Assembly (NCBI GenBank): GCA_030390025.1
Contig: CM059433.1
Span: 19,098,001-19,162,000, forward strand
DNA length: 64,000 bases
Direction of reading: 5' to 3'
Source: Squalus acanthias
Lineage: Eukaryota
The position numbers and the translations under genes were made by a program. Within the stretch, counting starts at the first letter, position 1, and each line of letters opens with the position of its first letter. This document shows, in pieces, positions 49,610 through 62,705 of this stretch. The notes beneath the pieces are model-generated. The model saw only the letters and a list, made by a program, of their open reading frames with translations. It did not search any database and had not been told where the DNA came from.

Positions 49610-52600
49610 CTAGCGGGTGACCACTGTTGTTCACCATTCACATACTCAGGAATCAGAAGTACAATTTCAAAATTTGCGGATGATACCAAATTGGGGGTAT
49701 AGCTAACACTGAGGAAGACTGCGACAAAATACAAGACGACATTAATAAATTTGCAGAATGGGCGTGTAATTTGCAAACAAATTTCAATATAATCGGTTTT
49801 CAGTTTTGAATACCAGGGAGGGCGACGACTTCTTGAAGGAATGCAGTAAGAATCAAACACCACGGGAGATTTGACTGCTACAGGGGAAAAAGAAAAAGTA
49901 GAAATGCAGTGGTCGTAGGGGATTCGATAGTTAGGGGCATAGACAGGCATTTCTGTAACCCCAAACGTGATTCCCGAATGGTATGTTGCCTCCCTAGTGC
50001 CAGGGTAAAGGATATCACCGAGCGGGTGCAGGACATTCTGCGAAGGGAAGGGGAACAGCCAGAAGTCCTGGTGCATGTTGGAACCAATGACATAGGCAGA
50101 GTTTCAGGAGTTAGGAAAAGATTAAAAACAGGACCTCAAAAGGTAGTAATCTCAGGATTACTCCCAGTGCCACGTGCTAGTGAGTTCAGAAATAGGAAGA
50201 TAGTGCAGGTAAACGCGTGGCTGGAGAAGTGGTGCAGGAGGGAGGGTTACAGATTCTTGGGATGTTGGGACTGGTTCTGGGGGAAGGAGCACCTGTACAA
50301 GATGGACGGGTTGCAGCTGAACAAAGCCGGGATCAATGTTCTCGCTGAGCGGTTAAGTAGTACTGTTGGGTAGGGTTTAAACTAACTTAACAGGGGGAGG
50401 GGAACCAGAAAATAGCAGAAAGGAGCAGAAATGAGATCAGAGAACAGAGATATAAACAGCAGTAAATTAGAAATATCCCAAATGGGGAAAATAGCAAAAG
50501 TGACGAAGGAGGTATTAAATTGTATGTACCTCAATGTTCGTAGTGTAACTAATAAGGTTGGTGAGCTGCCGTCACAAGTTGCCACGAGGGATTATGACAT
50601 GGTTGCATTAACAGAGACATGGCTCAAACAAGACCAGGAATGGGTTCTTAATATTCCTGGTTACCAAGTATTCAGGAATGATAGAGAAGGATAAAGAGGA
50701 GGGGGTATGACAGTATTGAATATGGATGATGTTACAGTTCTGAATAGAAAGGATATACTAGATGGTTCTAGGACTGAATCTATTTGGCTTGAGTTAAGGA
50801 ACAGAGGAGGAGCTGTTACATTGTTGGAAGATTTTTACAGAACTCCAAACAGATAGATGAGCAAATTTGTCAGCAAATTTCAAAGGCGTGTAACAAAAAT
50901 AGAGTAGTAATATTAGGAGACTTTAATTACCTTAATATAGACTGGGAAAAACATAGTGCTAAGGATAGGGAAGGACAGGAATTTCTGATGTGTGCAGGAG
51001 AACATTTTCGATCAATATGTCTCTAGTCCAACAAGGAAGGAAGCAGTGTTGGATCTGGTTCTGGGAAATGAAGTAGGGCAAGTGGAGCGTGTTACAGTAG
51101 GAGATCATCTCGCTAACAGTGACCATGACATAATTCGGTTTAAAGTAATTATGGAAAGAGACCAAAAAATATCAAAGGTAAAAATGCTCAACTGGGGAAG
51201 GGCTAATTTCAGTGATTTAAGAAGAGACCTAGCACAGGTTGATTGGAAAATGTGATTGCAGGGTAAAGCAGTGACAGAGCAATGAAGTGCATTCAGGTAC
51301 AAACTAGGCATATTCCATTGAAGGGAAAAGGTAGAACATCCAAAACTAATGCGCCCTGAATGACAAAGCAAATAAAAATTAAATTAAACAGAAAAAGGAG
51401 GCTTATGACAAATGTCAGCAGCAAGATTCAGTTAATAACCAGGAAGATTATGGAAAGTACAAGAGGGAATTGAAAAAGTTAATACGGGAGGCAAAGAGAG
51501 GTTATGAGAAAAGATTAGCAGGCAACATTAAATTGAACCCTAAAACATTTCATAAACATATAAAGTGTAAGCTGTTAGCTAGGGAAAAAGTTGGGCCTAT
51601 TAAGGACCCAAAGGGAAATCTTCATGCAGAGGCAGAGGACATGGCTGAAGTATTAAATGAGCACTTTGCATCTGTCTTCACAAAGGAAGCAGATGATGTG
51701 AAGTTTACACTAAAGAGGAGGGGGAAGTTATGGACCGGATGGTAATAGATAGAGAAGACGTACTAAAAAGATTAGCATTACTGAAAGTTGGTAAGTCACC
51801 TAGTCCAGATGGAATGCATCCTACAGGAGGCTTATTAAGAAGATGGAAGCCCATGGAAGTAAGGGGAAAGTGGCGGTATGGATACAAAATTGGCTCAGTG
51901 ACAGGAAGCAAAGTGTGGTGGTGGATGGATGCTTTTCAGACTGGGAGGTGGTTTACAGTGATGTTCTCCAAGGATCAGTTTTGGGTCCACTACTGTTTTC
52001 AAATTTTATAAATGACCTAGACTCAGGTGAAAGGAGCAGCATTATAAAGTTTGCAGACGATACGACACTTGGCAAAGTAGTAGATAGTGATGAGGATAGT
52101 TATAGGCTTCAGGATGGCATAGACAGAAATGGGAAGGAAGAGTTCAGTGTGGACAAGCGTGAATTAATGCACTTTAGGAGGACTAATATGGAAAGACAGT
52201 ACACAATAAATGGTACAATTTTGAAAAGTGTAGATGAGCAGAGAGACCTTGGTGTCCAGATACACAAATCCTTAAAGGTGGCAGGGCAAGTTGATAAGTT
52301 GGTTATAAAAGCATATGGGTTACTTGGGTTTATAAATAGAGAAATAGAATATAAAAGCAGAGATCATGCTAGAACTTTATAAATCACTGGTTAGGTCTCA
52401 GCTGGAGTATTGTGGACAATTTTGGGCATCACACTTCAGGAAAGATGCCTTAGAAAGGGTACAGATAAGGTTTATCAGAATGTTACTAGGGATGAAGGAC
52501 TTCAGTTATGAGGAGAGGTTGGAAAAATTAGGACTGTTCTCCTTGGAACAGAGAAAGTTAAGAGGTTTACAAGATGATGAGAGGTTTTGATACAGTTTTG

Positions 52601-53685
52601 ACAAAAAAATTATTCCCTCTGGCAAGTGGGACAATAACTAGAGGTCATAGATTCAAAATCATTGGCAAAAGATCTAGAGGGGAGATGAGGAGAATTTTGT
52701 TCACTCAGAGAATTTTGTCGGGATCTGGAACGCTCTTCCTGAAAAGGTGGTGGAAGTTGATTCCTGAAATAATTTTAAAAAGGGAGTTGGACAGGTACTT
52801 GAGGATGAGGAACTTACAGGGTTACGGACAAAAAGGGGGGATGTGGGACTAAGCACGACTGCTCTTTCAAAGAGCCAGCACAGGCACGATGGGCCAAATG
52901 GCCTCCTTCTGTGCTATAAGTTTCTATGATTCGATAAGTGTGAGGTGGTACATTTTGGTAGGAAGAATAAGGAGGCCACATATTGCTTAGAAAATAAGTC
53001 TAAATGGGGTAGAGGAGCAAAGGGATCTAGGAGGACAGATACACAAATCACTAAAAGTAGCAACACAGGTTAATAAGGCCATTAAAAAGGCAAACAAAGC
53101 ACTGGGGTTCATTTCTTGAGGGATAGAATTGAAAAACAGCAAAGTTATGTTAAACTTGTCTAGAACCTTGGTTAGACCACACCTTGGGAGTACAGTGCAC
53201 AGTTCTGGTCTCTATATTTTAAAAAGGATATAGAGGCACTGGAGAAGGTGCAAAAACATTTACAAGGATGATACCAGAACTGAGAGGTTATACCTGTCAG
53301 GAAAGATAGAACAGGTTGAGGCTCTTTTTCTTGAAAATAGAAGGCTGAGGAGTGATCTGATAGAGGTCTTTAAGATTATGAAAGGGTTTGATAGGGTAGG
53401 CATAGAGAAGATGTTTCCACTTGTGGAGGAGACCAAAACTAGGGACTGTAAATATAAGATACTCACTAATAAATCCAATAGGGAATTCAGGAGAAATGCC
53501 TTTACCCAGAGAGTGGTTAGGATGTGGAACTCGCTACCACAAGGAGTAGTTGAGGCAAATAGCATTGATGCATTTAAGGGGAATCTAGATAAACACATCA
53601 GGGAGAAAGGAATAGAAGGATATGTTGATAGGGTTAGATGAAGTAGGGTGGGAGGAGGCTCATGTAAATCTATGTAATTCTATGT
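49610..53685 (+). mobile_element. Host CR1 (49610-49791 + 52933-53685) split by a nested CR1
   Basis: '[10 protein letters not shown]...FNI' ends at 49791 and resumes 'DKCEVVHFG' at 52933, continuing to ORF 53378-53641 and the tail. Confidence 0.85.
49792..52932 (+). mobile_element. Long decayed CR1: ORF1 SGNH esterase + APE + RT + 3' tail
   Basis: 49909-50373 'VVGDSIVRG...VHVGTNDIG...DGLQLN'; 50431-50694 'YLNVRSVTNK...ALTETW'; 51843-52382 'QGSVLGPLLF...KFADD'; CTATGATT tail. Confidence 0.9.
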
Positions 53686-54619
53686 ACAAGGTACCTTTAA
53701 GAACAGAATGTCAGAGGTTAGAAGATAAATTGTGGCTACACAAGATCATTACAGACAAAGCTAAGAGTGTCACTTAACAGTGAGTAATCCAAAATCGATA
53801 AAGAGGAGGGAAGCCAGCTCAGATATTGTCACTCACTTAAAAGGTGGGTTCAGTCGCAACTAAAGGGGTTCATAAATTCAACACTCCAGAAGTTAACGCC
53901 TGCGTCCCAAGGACGGAAGAGATTGACCCAACCATGCTGCTAGTGAAGATGAGGCCATGTTAGCTCCGAATGTTGTTAATCACACACATAGACTTGAGCT
54001 ATTTGATAGATTGGCTATTCAAAGCTGTTAACCTGTCTGTTATCCAAGGAATTAATCTTAAAGTAATCTCACCACTTTATAATTTCAGACTCTGGTTACT
54101 GCTATAGTTAATACACAGCATGTGTTAGCTCTGGTTTACAGCGATATACTGAATTGCCTGTGTAACCATTACTAGTATTTTGTTCATTAACTCTATCCAT
54201 TAATGATTCGCTGCTCAACTGCTAGATAACTGATTCTATTTGTGCATGTCTATTAAGTGTTCATGTGCCCAACTTTAACTTTAGGTTGTGATTTGTAACC
54301 AATAAATAGTATTTAGTGCAAGAAAGAGTCAATTCACTCATTCAGCAACGAGGACCAGCTAATTGAGGGTTAGCAAATTAAAATCATTTCGATCCAAACT
54401 GGTTAGTACAAGATGGTTAAGGAGCTGAGTCAGTCATCATTTATCCCTAGACTTAAAACCTCAGATGGTTCCGTAGTAAGGAGTTAAAGGAGGTAATTAA
54501 GGATTTGTCTGGTTCCTCGGCATATATTTGTCAGGATACTGAAACCCAACTTTCTTGTAATAGGACCATTGGGCCGCCCTTGGCATTCTCCAAAGGGCCC
54601 ATTGAAAATCTCACCACAC

Positions 54620-56115
54620 GCATCCTTATGAACAACAACCCCAAAAGCCCCATCCTCCTCTCTCGCAGACCTTCCTTCACACACTGGGGTAATCTCAGCA
54701 ACCCCCACTTTCTCATCGAGCTCACTCCACTCCCTACTGCCTCCTCGGATACGGACAGATCAACAATCACCACCCTCTCTGCATTTCTTCCCAGAATGTC
54801 TGTTCACTCACGAGCAAGGCCCTTGTCATTCACGACCTTATTGTGGATGACTGCATTGACTGCATGGCTTTCACGGAAACATGGTTCACAGGTCTTGCCC
54901 CTTACTGAAGCTTCCCTGCCTGGCTATACTTTCCACTACCTGCCCTACCCAAACCGCCGTGGTGTCGGTGTGGCTGTCATCACCAAATCAGATCTTGGTC
55001 TCTTCCCCCTACCTCAATTTGCTCCACCATTCTCCTGTCCTCCATAAACCTCTCCCTCATATAAAACTCTGCTACGCATATTCATGGCCACCCCCTCAAT
55101 CTCATCTTCTCACATGGTCTAAGTTACCTAGAACTGCACTTTCAAACTACCAACTGCTTAGCCTTTGGCCTTCTATTCGCCAATGATACTTCCGTAACTG
55201 TTGATCTACTTAACTGCTCCCTCACCTCCACCTTTGATGCCCTTGTCCCCAGTAAAACCTATACCCTATCCCAAAATGATTGTTCCCTCTGGTATGCACC
55301 CCATCTTCGGTCCATTAAGTATAAAAGACACAGAGGTGATTTGATAGAGGTGTACAAGATTATGACGGGTTTGGATAGGCTAGACGGGGAAAGGCTGTTC
55401 CCACTAGTTGATGGTACAAGGACTCGGGGACACAGATTTAAGGTTTTGGGCAAGAGATACAGGGGGGACGTGAGGAAAAACTTTTTTACGCAGCGAGTGG
55501 TGAGGACCTGGAACTCGCTGCCGACGGAAGTGGTGGAAGTGGAGACACTCAATATTTTCAAGGGGAGACTGGATAGGCACTTGGGGGAAATAAACTTGCA
55601 GGGCTACGGGGGTAGAGTGGGGAATGGGACTGACTGGATTGCTCTACAGAGAGCCGGCACGGACTCGATGGGCCGAATGGCCTCCATCTGTGCCGTTATG
55701 ACTCTAGGACTATGACTTCTCTCAATTCCTCCACTGCCTCTATGCAGTCAGTCTGCTTATCTGACATCCAGTCTTGCACGTGCCGTAATTTACTACAGTT
55801 AAAAATAGTGACGACGAAAGCCACTGTCTTTGGACCCCACCACAAACTCCATACCCTTGCCAATCTGCTGCTGAAACTCTCATCCGTGCCTTGGTCACCT
55901 CCAGACTCTACCTGGCCGGCATCCCATCCTCCACGCTCCGTAAACTTCAGTTCATCCAAAACTCTGCTGCTCGTATCCTCTCCCGCACCAAGTCCCGCTC
56001 ACTCATCATTACTGTTCTTGCTGAGCTATATTGGCACCCAGTCCCCATTGCCTCGAACATATCACCCTCATGTTTAAATCCCTTCAAGGGCTCACCCCTC
56101 CCCATCTCTGTAATT
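54620..56115 (+). mobile_element. Decayed L2 (APE and 3' parts) interrupted by CR1
   Basis: 'LTEASLPGYTFHYLPYPNRRGVGVAVI'; 'STLRKLQFIQNSAARILSRTKSRS'. Confidence 0.78.
55325..55714 (+). mobile_element. CR1 3' fragment inserted in L2
   Basis: ORF 55341-55715 'IEVYKIMTGLDRLDGERLFPL...RKNFFTQRVVRTWNSLP'; GGCCGAATGGCC stem-loop. Confidence 0.9.
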
Positions 56116-57484
56116 TAAAATTTGCTTTCAAGGTTAATCATGAGATTTTCCCTACAAAAACACAAATTGCTTTCAATGTTTTGGTTGCAATTACATTTGT
56201 ATTTTTAGATTAAACAAGAAATGCAAAATTGCTCATTGAAAGCTCACTGTGAAGAGTGACTCTGTGGCCGGGTCATTGCAGCTGACTTGTGAGGCAGATG
56301 CAAAATAGGGATTTTGTCCAAAAAAACATTTTTCTAAAATTGAAAACAACAAAAAAAACTTTACAAGTGGGTGGATGGGTCAAGAGGGACTTTGAATTCT
56401 CATAACATTTTAGGCAGTCACAAAACTGTTCTCTTTAAACTGTGCTGTCATCCACTTTTTAATTGCAACATCAATCTTGAAGGATTCAATCTTTAGACCC
56501 AGTTTCTCATGATAGATACATGCTCCATGTAACTGTGGATTATGTATTGCACTGTTAAATTAAATTTCTCAAAAAAAAATTGAGAAAATGTTGAAAGTCA
56601 GCCTTATTTCTCAATGTAACATTTTCAGCATATTACTACGTCTGTGAAATGTTAACTCAGCCGTAATAATAATTAATAAAAAAATGTTGCTTTCCAGAAT
56701 GGCAACAATACAAAAGAAGGCTTTAGTTACATGCATCATACATATCGAAGATATATAGGAACTATCCGGCATTATATAAAAGATGAAAGAGAGACAGGGT
56801 GGTTTGGGCTTTTACTATTTCTAAAAATTATCTTATAAGATGCACATGGCAATATAAATTGTACATTTCTGTGATGCTGGATGAATGAATTTCTGTTCCA
56901 TATTTCAAGTCTGAACTAGATGTTGTCTCCTGTTCAGTGTCACTGGTCGCTCCTGTAAGCAGATCCTGCATCCCTTAATCAGCAGGTTACCTTACCGTCC
57001 AACATCTAGTCTTATGAGAATGTGGCTTGGGGGCCGCAATTATAAAAACCCTTTGCATTCTGAACTGGATACTGTAATCTCACACGTACCACCAAATACC
57101 CATCTCCAATTTCCTGACAGATGGGCTATTTAACGCTCTGGTGAGACGAGGCGAAATATAAATCAACAGATGTATTTCACAAACCATAAGTGGACAGAGT
57201 AACGATTTATAGCGAATTACAGCTTATTTTGTAGCACTCTTCGTGACACAGAAAATACAATACACCACACAAAATCCCGTTAGAGGGCTAAATATAACTC
57301 TTCTGACCAGTAATTCCTCTGAACTTGATCAGCATTTCCTGAAGGAGAGCACTCTTACCCCTTGAATCTTCTCCCTTGCCAGGTCTTCCACACTCATCGT
57401 CTTTATGTTAGCTGGCTGGACTCGAACCTAGGGGCTTGACCTCTGACCCTCTCCCAACTTCTGATGTCTGGGGATTGGTCAGCT

Positions 57485-58019
57485 TGACTATTCCAATGCA
57501 CTCCTGGCTGGCCTCCCACATTCCACTCTGTGTAAACTTGAGGTCATCCAAAACTCAGTTGCCCGTGTCCTAACCCGCACCAAGTCCCTTTCGCCCATCA
57601 CCCCTGTGCTCGCTGACCTACATTGGCTCCCGGTTAAGCAGCGACTCGATTTCAAAATTCTCATCCTTGTTTTCAAATCCCTCCATGGCCTCGCCCCTTC
57701 CCCATCTCTGTAATCTCCTTCAGCCCCACAACCCCCAGAGATATCTGTGCTCCTCTAATTCTGCCCTCTTGAGCTTCCCTGATTACAATCGCTCAACCTT
57801 TGGTGGTCGTGCCTTCTGTTGCCTAGGCCCTAAGCTCTGGAATTCCCTCCCTAAACCTCTCCGCCTCTCTACCTCCTTTAAGATGCTCCTTAAAACTTAC
57901 CTGCCCTAATTTATCCTTATGTGGATCGGTGTCAAATTTATTGTCTTAAAATACTCCTGTGCAGCACCTTGGGACGTTTTACTACGTTAAAGGCGCTATA
58001 TAAATACAAGTTGTTGTTG
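57485..58019 (+). mobile_element. L2 3' fragment flanked by an 82-bp direct duplication
   Basis: L2 C-terminal coding remnant and (GTT)n tail; flanks 57403-57484 and 58020-58101 nearly identical. Confidence 0.9.
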
Positions 58020-59539
58020 TTATGTTAGCTTGCTGGACTTGCCCCTAGGGGCTTGACCTCTGACCCTCTCCCAACTTCTGATGTCTGGGGACTGGTCAGC
58101 TGAGCTGCCCATCAAATCAGCTACCATGTCCTGCTGTTCTCAGTGAATAAGCCATCCTAATGGAATGGGTACAGACGTTCACTGGAGTATCTAAATTAAC
58201 TTCCATTGTCTCAGGTTGTGGGAGGCACCACTACATGAACTGGTTCATCTAGATCTAATCCACATCCCTGCACTTGACTGCTATAGGGATTTTAAACCTT
58301 TGTAAGCTAAATTTGACTTAATATAATTTTAATATAAGTAACACTGAAGTCCATCTGTGGCCAAATAGTCAAAAATCTCAAATAGTGGTTCTTGTACTAT
58401 GGTGAGTAGATAACCATGGCAGCTAACAGCGTACACAAATGGGAATCACAGAGCTGCCATGCAGCATTAGCCGGAGGTTAATCTAAGCTTCTTTTTATCA
58501 CCAAACAAACAGTGTTACTGGGGTCAGAAATGAAAGTTAAGACACTCAGGTTGTGAAGGCACTGTCTCATCTTTCCTTCTTTGGGTGATGAAGATGTGCC
58601 CAAATTTCACCATTTCTAGAACAGAAGTTTTTGTTTTTAAATGTTATTTGTGCAACCATGTATCAACCAGAATGTAACAAAATGTGAAAAGAACTGCACA
58701 GATTTAGATCTTGGAGCTGAAGTCCTACTGGCAACTGCCCTCTTCAATTAACAGATGTTTCTTTTTCATCTGCCTCCCATCTCAATTTTCCACCAATAAT
58801 ACCTAATGTGTGTGACACATCTGAGATACCAGCATCGTTCATGTTAGTTTACTTTCAGTTCTTTCATAATCCACAAGGAAGGCTGATGATGTCATAAAAC
58901 CTCAACTGACCTGGGTCACGACCGTAACCAATTGCTGAAGTTATTAATTTACATATTTAACTTTTGGATCGTACAGTAAGGTAACAGTGCATGTACGTGG
59001 ATGTCAGTGGATGACACAATTGGCCTTGGCTATGGTTCCCTCTACTACCGAGTAGCTGCCAATACTTTCAGTCTAGACTCACAGATGAAGACAGGCCACT
59101 TGGGCAGGGTATCAATGCCTATGGAAGCAAACCCCTGCAGGAGCTGGTACTTTAATGAGAGGGAAAGCGAAAATAAAAAAATAATACAAGGAAAATACTT
59201 GGGAACAGTGGGATACTGGGGGAAAAAAATCAACTTGTGAAACATAAACTCACAAGCATTCTTCCCAGCAGAGGTTGGTGAATTACTTTCTCATATCCCA
59301 CAGCTGTGTGGTTGCCTCCTCCACATTTAATTCCAGCCTTCTGACTGCTACCTCCCTTTAGTCTTTTTTTAGCTCTCTCGGTTATAGACTTCGCTGCAGT
59401 TTCTTCCCTAGACAATTTCTCCATGGGTTCATTCCTTTTTTTTTTTGGCTGGAGTGGACTGCATTCATCCACTTGAATGAATCACAGCACTTTCCATGTT
59501 CCACTTCTGCAAAATAGGAGGAGGGGGGAGAAGTAAAAA

Positions 59540-59910
59540 AAAGAAAAAAAAAAAGACTTGTATTTATATAGCGCCTTTCACGACCACCGGACGTCTCAAA
59601 GCACTTTACAGCCAATGAAGTACTTTTGGAGTATAGTCATTGTTGTAATGTGGGAAACGAGGCAGCCAATTTGCATACAGCAAGCTCCCACAAACAGCAA
59701 TGTGATAATGACCAGATAATCTGTTTTCAGTGATGTTGGTTGAGGGATAAATATTGGCCCAGGACACCGGGGATAACTCCCCTGCTCTTCTTTGAAATAG
59801 TGCCTTGGGATCTTTTACATCCACCTGAGAGCGCAGACGGGGCCTCGGTTTAACGTCTCATCCGAAAGACGGCACCTCCGACAGTGCAGCACTCCCTCAG
59901 CACTATACTG
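59540..59910 (-). mobile_element. DeuSINE copy (head missing)
   Basis: Closely matching reverse complement of 41090-41460. Confidence 0.9.
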
Positions 59911-60676
59911 GACTTGTGCAGGACTTTTGGAGATGCTACACACTTACCCAGTATCCAATTTTCTGATAAGTGTTGGTTTCCTGGAGGCCTCCTTCCTTTG
60001 TACGGTCCAATACAAATTCCAGCTTTGCGTAACGTTTTGCACACCTTGCCCCCACACAACTGCACCAGTTTCTCCAGCATTAGGAAAGGTGGCTCACTTT
60101 TGGGTGAGATGAAGATCAGAGGCTCATTCACAAATAAATCCTGCAGATAGGGTCCTTCTGTTGACTGTTTTTCTAATCTGCAGATCTGTTTATTGAAGAA
60201 GAAAAATCAAGAATTTTTAAAAATCTCCACTGTGCAACATTTAACATCATTGAAAATAGTTTACAGTTAAACAAATTTCAATTTACAGAATGTGTAATTG
60301 AAGAGCCAACTTGCAAAAAGTGACTAAATTATTGTAGAAATCTTCCCTTAAGGAAATCGTAGTTACAGCTGACCTAAAAATGTTTCTTAGGCTTTGCTAT
60401 GTCACACAATAAGCCTCAATTCTTTTCTATTGGGGGAGGGGGGGAGGCTATGATTGGAAGTTAATTCAGTCTTGGGTCCAGGGCCAACAAATTTAGTTTT
60501 TACTTTTGATTCTCATGAAAACTTTGGAACTATCAGGGCAATTATCTCCAATGATTACCACCATTACTCTGCTGTTCTTCACTGGGGGTTTTCAATGACA
60601 GACTCATGCCCAGAAGGATGCTACATTATTACATAACAGAAAGATGTAGTCTGTCTTCCATAAGTGGAACTAAGTA

Positions 60677-61050
60677 CAGGAAACTTTTGTTTATCCGGCA
60701 CCCAAATATCCGGAATTCTCGCTTAACCGGCAAAAATCATCCTCCGAAAACTCCTCTCAAATAACCGGCAATGTTGCCGAGTCGCAGTCGAGTCTCCGCG
60801 AACGCCGAGTACTCCGAAAACTCCTCTCAAATAACCGGCAATGTTGCCGATCCCGAGTCCGAGAACGCCGATTTAGTCAGTAGGGGTAGTTTTCAAAAGT
60901 ACCCAAATACTGTATACTGCACATTTCTTGATTTATTTATTTTTCTTTGTTAAAAATAGCCTCGGTAGATATAACTCTCCGTTATCCGGTAATTTCGATA
61001 AACTGGCACCACGCCGGTCCCGTCGGTGCCGGTTAATAAAGAGTTTCCTG
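60677..61050. mobile_element. Tc1/mariner-pogo-type MITE (374 bp)
   Basis: TIRs CAGGAAACTTTTGTTTATCCGGCAC ... GTGCCGGTTAATAAAGAGTTTCCTG; TA on both flanks; repeated TATCCGG/TAACCGG motifs. Confidence 0.85.
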
Positions 61051-61133
61051 TATGTGATTGATAGCAGTTTAAGGCCATTAATCACGTGAAAAATTCTGCT
61101 AATTAAAAACAACCCAGTACCACCTTAACTACA

Positions 61134-62150
61134 GTCTTCTTCCTTCGTATGGTCGTAGCAAAAAACAAATCAAATATCTATGTCTAAGTCAGAGATCCAG
61201 GCCAAAGTTTCCGGTGTAACAGCGTGGATATCTTGTAGGTTGTCTGTGAATTTCCTCTGAGAGCAGTTTTCAATGATGTGCTCCAGGGTCTGATTAGGAT
61301 GATGCGGAGGTTTTAATATTCCATCTATGGTGAAGGTGGCAGCATCTACCATGACCAGTTCTGAGGTGGCTGATGGTTGTCCACTGTTTGTGAGGAAGGT
61401 TTGATCGTTCAGGTTGTACAGTTCTTCTAAGCATTTCGCCACCGGTCATCAAGGCTGAGGGGAGGTTGCTGAAGGGCTTCGGCGACGGTCCAAAATGGCC
61501 TTCTAGATTTGAGACGGGTTGGTGGTAGGTTGGTCAAGTTGGCCTGGATCGGCTGGTGAAATGGTTGTATCCTCTAGAAACTGCATACTCGCGGCGTAGT
61601 TGTGGTGGTGCGATGTTTGTAAGCACGGGCAGCCAAAGTGCTGGTGTCGATAAGAGAGTTCCGGTGATAATTCTCATAGTAGAGTTCAGCTGGACATGAA
61701 TGGATTTGACATGCGGACTTGATAGCCATGCCGGAGAGCAGTACTCCACTGTAGAGTACAGCAGGGCGAGTGCTGCCGTATGGAGGGTTTGAGCGTCTGC
61801 TCCTCATGTGGATCCAGCGAGTTTCTGGATCAGGTTGACCCTACTCTTTAGTTTCTTCCCAAGATTGGAGATGTTGTCGAGGCGACAGGGTGCAATCGAA
61901 CGTGACTCCTAAATAGGAGGGCTTTTTGGCATGGTTTACCTCGGCGCCGCAAAAGGAGACTTTCAGAGCTTGGTTTGCTTGATGGGTGTTGAGGTGGAAT
62001 GTCGAAGTGACGGTCTTTTGCAGGTTTGGCCGAAATCACCATTGACGAAAGTAGGCCTCCATCCTCTGTAAATCACTGGTCAGGGTCTCCTCGGTGGCGA
62101 ACAGATTCTTGTTTTGCGTGGCAAGGCAATGTCATCCTCGTGCACAAACT
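61134..62150 (-). mobile_element. I-group (Vingi/Ingi-like) non-LTR retrotransposon 3' fragment
   Basis: 'LAGST*GADAQTLHTAALALLYSTVEYCSPAW...QLNSTMRIITGTL...LPVLTNIAPPQLRR', 'LRTGHGRC', 'QTLEHIIENC'; short 3' UTR ending CCATACGAAGGAAGAAG. Confidence 0.7.
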
Positions 62151-62253
62151 TGCAGTCATAACATTATATGTATGTTTGTAAAAATGTTAGAGTAAGATAA
62201 AGGAAGCGTTCCTGGAATAATATGTTCGTTATTTACCAATGTAGGTTTATAAG

Positions 62254-62705
62254 GTATCAGCTGTAGCTCAGTGGTAGCACTCTCGGCACTGAGTCAGAAG
62301 ATCGTGGGTTCGAGCTCCACTCCAGCAACATGAGCACACAATCCAGGCTGACACTGAGGGAATGCTGCACCGTTGGAGGTGACATCTTTCGGATGAGATG
62401 TTAAACCGAGGCCCTATCTGCCCTCTCGGACAGATGTAAAAGATTCCATGACACTATTCGAGGAAGAGCAAGGGAGCTCTCCTGGAAAATATTTATCCCT
62501 CAACCTACATCACTAAAGCAGATTATCTGGTCGTGTATCTGATTGCTGTTTGTGGACTTTGCTGTGCGCAATTTGATGCTGTGTTTCCCCACATTACCAC
62601 AGTGACCTATACTTCAAAAGGTCTTAATTGGCTGTTAAGCACATTGTGATGTCCTGTTGTAGTGAAGTGTACTATACAAATCAAGTCCTTTCCTTTCCTT
62701 CCTTT
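62254..62705 (+). mobile_element. Full-length DeuSINE, more diverged
   Basis: A box TAGCTCAGTGG, B box GGTTCGAGCTC, Deu core, L2-like tail. Confidence 0.85.

Noticed and set aside
53682..54480. Possible second solo LTR (AATAAA at 54301, TGTAC...GTACA)
   Set aside because: No matching TSD or clear termini could be defined
60742..60850. Repeat-spacer-repeat resembling CRISPR
   Set aside because: Only two units, inside a TA-flanked MITE in eukaryotic DNA, with no cas genes
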